DNA from: an uncultured delta proteobacterium
Lineage (GTDB): Bacteria; Myxococcota_A; UBA9160; UBA4427
Reading direction: 5' to 3'
Assembly (NCBI GenBank): GCA_963822965.1
Contig: CAWGJT010000010.1
Span: 576,001-640,000 of the forward strand
Length of the DNA: 64,000 bases
Shown piece by piece: positions 58,022 to 64,000 of this stretch. A model generated the notes under the pieces. The model was not told the DNA's origin, did not search any database, and saw only the letters and a program-made list of their open reading frames with translations. The stretch's first letter is position 1. The number at the start of each line of letters is the position of its first letter. The position numbers were made by a program, and so were the translations under genes.

Positions 58022-58807
58022 CTACTGCCAGCGGCCGCGAGCGCGGTCCCATCGCGGGGGCGTGGGGCGGCTCCGCCAGCCGTGGTAGGGGTGGCGGGCC
58101 ACCAGCGCGCGCTTGCGAAAGACGAGCACCCCCAGCGCGCCCGCCGCGAAGCCGCCGACGTGGGCCCAGAACGCGACGCCTCCTCCCCCGCGGCCGAGGG
58201 AGAGCGCGCCGCCCACGAGCTGCACCACCAGCCAGTAGCCCAGCATGAAGTAGGCGGGCACGGCGACGCGGGTGACGTAGAAGCCGAGCCACAGCAGCAT
58301 GTGCACCCACACCCGCGGATACAGGACCACGTAGGCGCCCATCACGCCGCCGATGGCGCCGGAGGCGCCCACCATCGGCAGGCCCGACGCGGGGCTCGCC
58401 AGGATCTGGGTCCCTGCCGCCGCCAGGCCCGACAACAGATAGAAGACCCCGAATCGCACGTGGCCCATGGAGTCCTCGACGTTGCCGCCGAACAGGTAGA
58501 GGAACCACATGTTCCCGATCAGATGCAGCCAGCCCCCATGCAGGAACATGTGGGTGAGGAGCGTGATCGGAGCCGGCTGCCCGCTCAGCACGCAGCGGAG
58601 CCCCTCGCCGAGCGGGGTCTCGTAGCCTGCGGGCAGTCGGCCCAGCAGCTCGCCCGGGACGAGCCCCAGCTGGCAGAGCGAGCGGAGGAGCGCCTGCTCG
58701 CTGCCGGCGCCCTGCAGGCCGAACCAGGCCAGCACGTTCAGGCCGATCAGCCCGAGAGTGACGACCGGCGCGAGGATCTGGGGGTTCTCGTCGCGGATGG
58801 GGAGCAA
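58022..58807 (-). CDS. Rhomboid family intramembrane serine protease
   Basis: PIRDENP, MFLHGGWLHLIGNM, catalytic GASG and AHVGG. Confidence 0.95.
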   Translation of the reverse strand: MLPIRDENPQILAPVVTLGLIGLNVLAWFGLQGAGSEQALLRSLCQLGLVPGELLGRLPAGYETPLGEGLRCVLSGQPAPITLLTHMFLHGGWLHLIGNMWFLYLFGGNVEDSMGHVRFGVFYLLSGLAAAGTQILASPASGLPMVGASGAIGGVMGAYVVLYPRVWVHMLLWLGFYVTRVAVPAYFMLGYWLVVQLVGGALSLGRGGGGVAFWAHVGGFAAGALGVLVFRKRALVARHPYHGWRSRPTPPRWDRARGRWQ

Positions 58808-58828
58808 GGCGTCGTTCCGGCTCGGGGG

Positions 58829-59827
58829 TCAGCGGCTCGCGGCGGACGGCCCGGGCACCGGGGACCACGAGCCTCGGCGCGTGCGGCGGAGGCCGGCGTG
58901 GAAGGCGACGACGACGGCGATCCCGAGCAGGACCCGAGCGAGCGGCGTCAGGGCGGGCAGCGCGGTCGGGACGAGGGCGGCCGCCTCGGCGGACCAGTAG
59001 CTCGCCAGGAAGTCGAAGGGGTTCGGCAGCACGTCGTCGGTGACGTACACGAAGCCGGCCTTGCGGGCCGCGGCGAGCTGCAGGTCCTGGAGCATGTCGG
59101 CGCTCGCCGGCTCGCTGTGCACGATGTGGGCGAAGTGATCGGCGCCCCGGGTGGCGAGCCAGCTGGGAGCCGTATAGCTCGTGCGGTATGCGGCTCCCGT
59201 GTTCTCGAACGTGACGATGGTGTCGACGGACCCCGCATAGTCGGCCACCGTGAATCCCGAGGTGCCGCCGCTGGTGTCCTGGGTGAAGGGCGTGCCGGGG
59301 TTGCCGAAGACCCGCGCGCCCGCGTCCTTCGACTTCACATACGCGGTGAGCGTCTGGTAGTAGCCGGTGCTCGCCAGGTCGTTGCTCATCTCGTCGAGGA
59401 AGATGCCTCGCACGAGCACGCCGGCGCCCCGCCAGTAGGCCGGGTCGTAGTAGACGTCGATGTCGGCCTCCACCGCGGCGAGGGGGCGCGCGCCGAAGGT
59501 GGTGGCCACGTAGCCGTAGAGGCGGCCTCCGGCGGCGTCCAGGTCGACGGCGGGACCGACGCCCCCCACGTTCACGTAGTTGGGGTCGATGGGGGAGGTG
59601 CCCGGGCCGCTGGCCGGGTTGAGGATCGCGTGGATCGGCACGCTGCCCGACGCCGCCGAGGCGATGAGATCGGGCCACAGGGTGAGCCCGCCCGCGCAGC
59701 ACGGGTTCGCGTAGGCGGGGACCAGCAGCGCGGGGCCGGCGGTCTGGGCCGCGGCCGGGCCCGCCAGCAGCAGGAGCCCTGCGCCGAGCAGGCTCGCGAG
59801 CGCGATCCGGGGGGCGTGGAGGCGCAT
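58829..59827 (-). CDS. Secreted spherulation-specific family 4 (GH135-like) protein with an IPTL-like C-terminal sorting tail
   Basis: Signal peptide, LVPAY, ILNPASGPG, GYVAT, GIFLDE, GNPG, VTFE, YVTDD. Tail VPTALPAL-TM-RRTRR. Confidence 0.85.
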   Translation of the reverse strand: MRLHAPRIALASLLGAGLLLLAGPAAAQTAGPALLVPAYANPCCAGGLTLWPDLIASAASGSVPIHAILNPASGPGTSPIDPNYVNVGGVGPAVDLDAAGGRLYGYVATTFGARPLAAVEADIDVYYDPAYWRGAGVLVRGIFLDEMSNDLASTGYYQTLTAYVKSKDAGARVFGNPGTPFTQDTSGGTSGFTVADYAGSVDTIVTFENTGAAYRTSYTAPSWLATRGADHFAHIVHSEPASADMLQDLQLAAARKAGFVYVTDDVLPNPFDFLASYWSAEAAALVPTALPALTPLARVLLGIAVVVAFHAGLRRTRRGSWSPVPGPSAASR

Positions 59828-60023
59828 CGCGACGGACCTCCGGTTCGGGTGGGCGGACTCGGGGCTTCTCATGGGACCGCGGCCCACGATAGCCGAGGCG
59901 GCCGGCCGGTCCCCGGCGCCAGGGGCTTGGGTCCCGCTGCGCTCGTGGCCTCGGCGTGGCGCCTCTCCAATGGGGTGATCGAGGGCGTCCGGGGAATCCC
60001 GCAGCACAGGGAGTGCACTCGCG

Positions 60024-60494
60024 ATGACGAAGAGCCCGCGGCGGATCGTCGCCTCGCTGATCCTGGCCGCCGGGCTCGGGCTGCTGCCCGGGACCGTGCG
60101 CGCCCAGGGAGGCGCGCTCCTGCCCGATTCCGGGCTGGTGGGAACCGTCACGACGACGGCCCCCCTGGCGTTCTTCACGTTCAGCGGCAGCGCGGGAGCC
60201 CAGGTCGATCTCGCCGCGATGGGTCTCACGCAGCCCCTGCTGCCCGTCGCGACCCTGAGCTCGCCCACCCAGCAGCTCCTCGCGTCGAGCATGGCCGACG
60301 CCCGCAATCCCGACCTGCAACGGATCGCACTCCAGCTGCCACAGGATGGCATCTATACCGTGCTGGTCAGCGGCGGCGTCGGCGACTTCGTGGGTCCGGC
60401 CGGCTGCACGGGCGTCCCCGAGCCCGGGGACACCGCGATGCTGCTGGCGGGATGCCTCGGCCTCGCCGCCCTGCGCCGCCGGCCCGGGGGATGA
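60024..60494 (+). CDS. Small secreted PEP-CTERM protein (PPC-like beta domain)
   Basis: Signal peptide, FTFSGSAG..V.L, LPQDGIYTVLV, and C-terminal VPEP-TM-RRR. Confidence 0.8.
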   Translation: MTKSPRRIVASLILAAGLGLLPGTVRAQGGALLPDSGLVGTVTTTAPLAFFTFSGSAGAQVDLAAMGLTQPLLPVATLSSPTQQLLASSMADARNPDLQRIALQLPQDGIYTVLVSGGVGDFVGPAGCTGVPEPGDTAMLLAGCLGLAALRRRPGG

Positions 60495-60515
60495 GCCGGT
60501 CCGCCCGTGCTCGCT

Positions 60516-61253
60516 TCAGGAGCGAGCCGGGCCGCGCACGCGGCGGGTCTGCCGCCAGGCGGCGAGTCCCGCGAGACCCCCCATCGCGAGCAGGCCCGAG
60601 GCCGGCTCGGGCACGGCGGTGAACGTCGCCGAGAAGATCGTCTGCGCACTGGCCGTCGTCGCGCCCTCGAAGCTGTGGAAGTGGGCGTTGCCCTGTGCGG
60701 TCGCGAACAGCCGATAGAGTCCGGCGTCGAGCCGGCGAAGCTCGTCCACCGTGAAGTCCGAGTAGTCGAACTCGCCCTGGATCCGATAGTCGAAGACCGG
60801 CACGAAGTCCGCGAGCCCGCTGTCGAACGCGTAGAGGGCGACCTGCGACCTCCCTTCGGCCGGGAAGATCGGCGACCGCTGCTCGAGGACGGCCTGGAGG
60901 TCGAACCACGCTTCCTCCCCCAGCTCGAAGTCGAGCGAGAAGGTGGAGCTCTCGGAGCCGGTGAGCTCGTTGTCGAAGTCGATGATGAAGCCGGAGGCCG
61001 ACAGGTCGCCAGAGAGGGTGCTGGGTCCGATCTCGGAGTGGTGCCGGCCCGCAACGTCGAAGGTTCCAAAGTCCATCGCGCTCAGCGTGGGCTCGCCCGT
61101 CCGGGCGAAGAAGCGGCTCTGGGCGACGGGCACGATCTCGAGCGCCGAGGCGGCGCCTGCCGGGACGAGCGGCAGGAGCAGCAGGAACAGCAGGTACGGT
61201 CGCGCGCGAGATCGGATGCTTCCGGGTGTCGGGAGGAAATGGGTGACGTGCAT
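60516..61253 (-). CDS. Secreted PEP-CTERM protein of unknown function
   Basis: Signal peptide, a beta-rich body and C-terminal AVPEPASGLLAMGGLAGLAAWRQTRR. Confidence 0.85.
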   Translation of the reverse strand: MHVTHFLPTPGSIRSRARPYLLFLLLLPLVPAGAASALEIVPVAQSRFFARTGEPTLSAMDFGTFDVAGRHHSEIGPSTLSGDLSASGFIIDFDNELTGSESSTFSLDFELGEEAWFDLQAVLEQRSPIFPAEGRSQVALYAFDSGLADFVPVFDYRIQGEFDYSDFTVDELRRLDAGLYRLFATAQGNAHFHSFEGATTASAQTIFSATFTAVPEPASGLLAMGGLAGLAAWRQTRRVRGPARS

Positions 61254-61285
61254 GGGTGTCTCCAGGTTGGCCGGTGACGGCTCTG

Positions 61286-61338
61286 TGTGTCAGGCCTGTG
61301 TCAGTCCCAATCTACGCGAGCCCTCGTGCCTTCGACAA
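61286..61338 (-). promoter_or_regulatory. Putative sigma70-type promoter with a downstream 11-bp-period direct repeat
   Basis: Minus strand TTGTCG-N18-TAGATT (61338-61309), then CTGACACA twice (61304-61297 and 61293-61286). Confidence 0.35.
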
Positions 61339-61465
61339 GCAGGATTCTTCGATGGGGCCCCGGGGGCGGACGCCCTGGGCCGGGTGTGGGCCGAAAGCCG
61401 GTTCTCGGGGCGGCTGGGGCGAGGCTTCGGGGTCTCGCGGGTGTCCGGCGTCGCGCCAGCTCGGC

Positions 61466-62287
61466 TCAGGGGGTGCGTGACGGTCGCCGGTATGCTTCAC
61501 GCGCGCGAGCCCGGGAGCGTCTCCGCTCGCGGGGTGGCACGACCAGGCCCGCCGCCAGCCCGAGACCGACGAGCAGGACCGTGTCGGGCTCCGGCACGGC
61601 GAGGATGGCCTGCGTCAGCGCGTCGGCGATCTTGGCGTGACCCGATGCGTTCGGGTGGACGTCGCCGGGTGCAAAGTCGGAGACGTCGTCCAGCAGGTCG
61701 ATCAGGTCCGGCCCGCAGACCACGCCGGCCGTATCCGCGCAGATCGTGTTCACCCGGTCGCGGTAGCCGTGCAGGAGCGACACCGCCGTCTCGGAGACGT
61801 TCGCATCCGGAGCCGCCATCAGGATGACGGTGTGGACGCCGCCCGCGAAGAGTCCGTCCAGGATCTCGCGCATGTATCCCTCCCAGTCGTCGACCGGGGT
61901 GCTCTCGGGGAGGAAGAACCCGACCGAGTCGTTCGTGCCGAGCAGTACGGTGGCGACCTGCGCCGGCAGCGCCGGCGTGGCGAGCTCGTCGAAGACCGTG
62001 CCGGAGGCGTCGCAGATGTCCGGGCAGGGTGTTCCGGGCGCCCAGTAGTAGGCCGACAGGCCACCCTGCGCGACGTTCACCACGTCGTGGGTGCCCGCGA
62101 GGGCCTCGGCGACCAGCGTCGCGAAGGGAGGGCCGACGGGCTCGCTCACCATCCCGGCCGTGATCGAGTCGCCCAGCAGGAGCGTGCGGATGGGTGCCGC
62201 CAGCGCGGAAGGGGCCGCACCCAGCGAGAGCGCTGAGAGACCGATCGAGAGCCACCAGCGGGTCGTCGTGGGATGTCGCCGTTGCAC
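61466..62287 (-). CDS. Secreted SGNH/GDSL hydrolase with a PEP-CTERM tail
   Basis: LLGDSIT, NxAxGG, LGTND, DVHPNASGH and AVPEPDTVLLVGLGLAAG. The GTG start is uncertain. Confidence 0.88.
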   Translation of the reverse strand: MQRRHPTTTRWWLSIGLSALSLGAAPSALAAPIRTLLLGDSITAGMVSEPVGPPFATLVAEALAGTHDVVNVAQGGLSAYYWAPGTPCPDICDASGTVFDELATPALPAQVATVLLGTNDSVGFFLPESTPVDDWEGYMREILDGLFAGGVHTVILMAAPDANVSETAVSLLHGYRDRVNTICADTAGVVCGPDLIDLLDDVSDFAPGDVHPNASGHAKIADALTQAILAVPEPDTVLLVGLGLAAGLVVPPRERRRSRARAREAYRRPSRTP

Positions 62288-62509
62288 CCTGCTTCGTGGT
62301 CTCTCGGAGCGCAAAGTGTCGGAATCGGGGCAGATTCGGATCGCATCCGGGTGCGGAAGGCTCGACGCGCCGTCGCATTCTGCCGGACCCGCCCGGGCCC
62401 GGTGAGTGCGGGCGGGTCTGCACGGACTCCTCCGGCGGGGCGACGTGCCACGCCGCTGGGCGATCGCGCCCCGGCTTCGGTGCCGCCGGAGCCCAGTCAG
62501 GCAGGCGGC

Positions 62510-62525
62510 TGGCACGCATGTTGCG
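62510..62525 (+). promoter_or_regulatory. Sigma-54 (-24/-12) promoter
   Basis: TGGCACG-CATG-TTGCG matches TGGCACG-N4-TTGC, about 43 nt upstream of the ATG at 62568. Confidence 0.75.
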
Positions 62526-62567
62526 ACCTGGCGGCTCGAAGCCGCATGCCGCAGCAGGGAGCCCTGG

Positions 62568-64000
62568 ATGAGCGGATCGACGTCGGGCGAGCGCGAGGCC
62601 TGGGACGCCATCGTGATCGGGTCGGGGCTTGGCGGTCTCTGCACCGCCGCCTACCTGTGCGCCTCGGGCCGGCGCACGCTGGTGCTCGAGTCGCACTACG
62701 TCGCGGGGGGCAACTCCCAGGTCTTCCGCCGGAGCCACAAGGGAAGGGAGTACGAGTTCGACGTCGGCATCCACTACATCGGCGAGTGCGGGCGCGACGG
62801 CGTCATCACGGCCGTGCTCAACGGCCTCGGCCTGGCCGAGCGCGTGGTCTTCCGCCCGCTCGACCCGGACGGCTACTCGACCCTGCACTTCCCCGACCTC
62901 TCGTTCCGCATCCCGTTCGGCTGGGATCGCTACCGGGCCCGCCTGCTGGAGACGTTTCCCGACGAGCGCGGCGCCCTGACGTCGGTGCTCGACGTCATGC
63001 AGCAGGTGGCGCAGGCGGGCTTCCGCATGCAGCGGGGACGGCTCCCGTTCTCCCGACTCGCGAGCGAGGCGCCCACCTTCCTGCAGTGGGGGCTGCGCCC
63101 GGTGACCGAGCTCTTCGCCGAGCACCGGCTCTCGGCGCCCGCCGCCGCCGTGCTCCTGGGCGAGCAGGGCTGCTATGCGGTGCGTCCCTCGGATACCCCG
63201 GTGGTGATGGCGGCCGGGCTCACCGACCACTTCCTGCGTGGCGCCTACTACCCGGTGGGCGGCGGCCAGGTGATGGCCGGGCGCCTGATCGAGGCCATTC
63301 GCGCCTACGGGGGCGAGGTCCGCACCCAGAGCCCCGTCCACCGCATCCGCGTCGAGAACGGACGGGTCACGGGGGTCGTCACGGGCAAGCGGAACCGGAA
63401 GCCCATGGAGATCGACTCGCCGGTCGTCGTCTCCAACGCCGATCTCAAGCGCACGTTCTTCGAGCTCGTCGGCGAGGAGCACTGCGCGCCCGAGACCGTG
63501 GAGCGCATCCGCGGGCTGAAGATGGCCGTGCCGCTCTTCTGCATCTACCTCGGGCTCGACGTCGACCTGGGCGCGCGGGGCATGCCCAACAGCAACCACT
63601 TCATCTGGGGCGACTACGACATCGAGGGGGTCTACGACGAGCTGGACGCCGGCCAGCTCACGTCCAAGGCCATGTGCTACGTGACGGCAGCGAGCCTCAA
63701 GGATCCCGAGAGCACCCATCTCGCGCCTCCGGGCTACACGAATCTCCAGATCATGACGCTGGCGCCGCGGGACTACGGGGTGTGGCACGTCGAGCGGGGG
63801 CCGGCCGAGGGCGGCCGCTATCACCGCGACCCGGAGTACCGCAAGCGCAAGAGCGAGCTCACGGAGCAGCTGATCGACACCGCCCAGCAGATCATCCCCG
63901 ACCTGCGCGAGCACATCGACTGGAAGGAGGCCGCGACCCCCGTGAGCCAGGAGCGGTTCACCCATTCGACGGGCGGCACCTCCTACGGCATCGAGATGTC
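62568..64000 (+). CDS. FAD-dependent oxidoreductase, phytoene dehydrogenase/retinol saturase-like (COG1233), 3'-truncated; absent from the ORF track because its stop is outside the window
   Basis: WDAIVIGSGLGGL..A..L...G..TLVLE, FDVGIHY, YYPVGGG, VVSNAD, ATP....RF....GG..YG. Confidence 0.9.
   Translation, partial: MSGSTSGEREAWDAIVIGSGLGGLCTAAYLCASGRRTLVLESHYVAGGNSQVFRRSHKGREYEFDVGIHYIGECGRDGVITAVLNGLGLAERVVFRPLDPDGYSTLHFPDLSFRIPFGWDRYRARLLETFPDERGALTSVLDVMQQVAQAGFRMQRGRLPFSRLASEAPTFLQWGLRPVTELFAEHRLSAPAAAVLLGEQGCYAVRPSDTPVVMAAGLTDHFLRGAYYPVGGGQVMAGRLIEAIRAYGGEVRTQSPVHRIRVENGRVTGVVTGKRNRKPMEIDSPVVVSNADLKRTFFELVGEEHCAPETVERIRGLKMAVPLFCIYLGLDVDLGARGMPNSNHFIWGDYDIEGVYDELDAGQLTSKAMCYVTAASLKDPESTHLAPPGYTNLQIMTLAPRDYGVWHVERGPAEGGRYHRDPEYRKRKSELTEQLIDTAQQIIPDLREHIDWKEAATPVSQERFTHSTGGTSYGIEM

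Noticed and set aside
62435..62451. TGGCACG on the minus strand upstream of the SGNH gene as a sigma54 promoter
   Set aside because: There is no TTGC at the required GG-N10-GC spacing.

Overview
Very GC-rich bacterial chromosomal DNA; the gene content suggests Myxococcota/Deltaproteobacteria (inference). 1-25.5 kb is mostly housekeeping: tyrA-rpsA-ihfB-lapA-lapB-mutS-amidase-glnD-xerD-tRNA nucleotidyltransferase, scpA-scpB-(inserted outer-membrane protein)-rluB, DUF368, an SSS transporter, oligopeptidase A, ATL and a second nucleotidyltransferase. 25.6-58 kb is a large lipid/steroid-type catabolic island. It has two P450s, an Ltp2-like aldolase with a DUF35 partner, four acyl-CoA dehydrogenases that look like two alpha/beta pairs, two crotonases, a double hot-dog MaoC hydratase, two CoA ligases, a tandem class III CoA transferase, two Zn dehydrogenases and an LLM oxidoreductase. 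It also holds a striking 1297-aa fusion: FGGY kinase + D-2-hydroxyacid dehydrogenase + SCP2 + class II aldolase. My main hypothesis, which is inference only, is a pathway that strips a polyol side chain from a lipid, possibly bacteriohopanepolyols. 58-64 kb holds a rhomboid protease, four secreted proteins with PEP-CTERM/IPTL-like sorting tails and a sigma54-preceded FAD oxidoreductase. Three single-base frameshifts cluster at 36.8-38.4 kb (murA and a CoA ligase) and are probably sequencing errors. I recognised no rRNA, tRNA, CRISPR array or transposase. All calls come from motif recognition; no database search was run.
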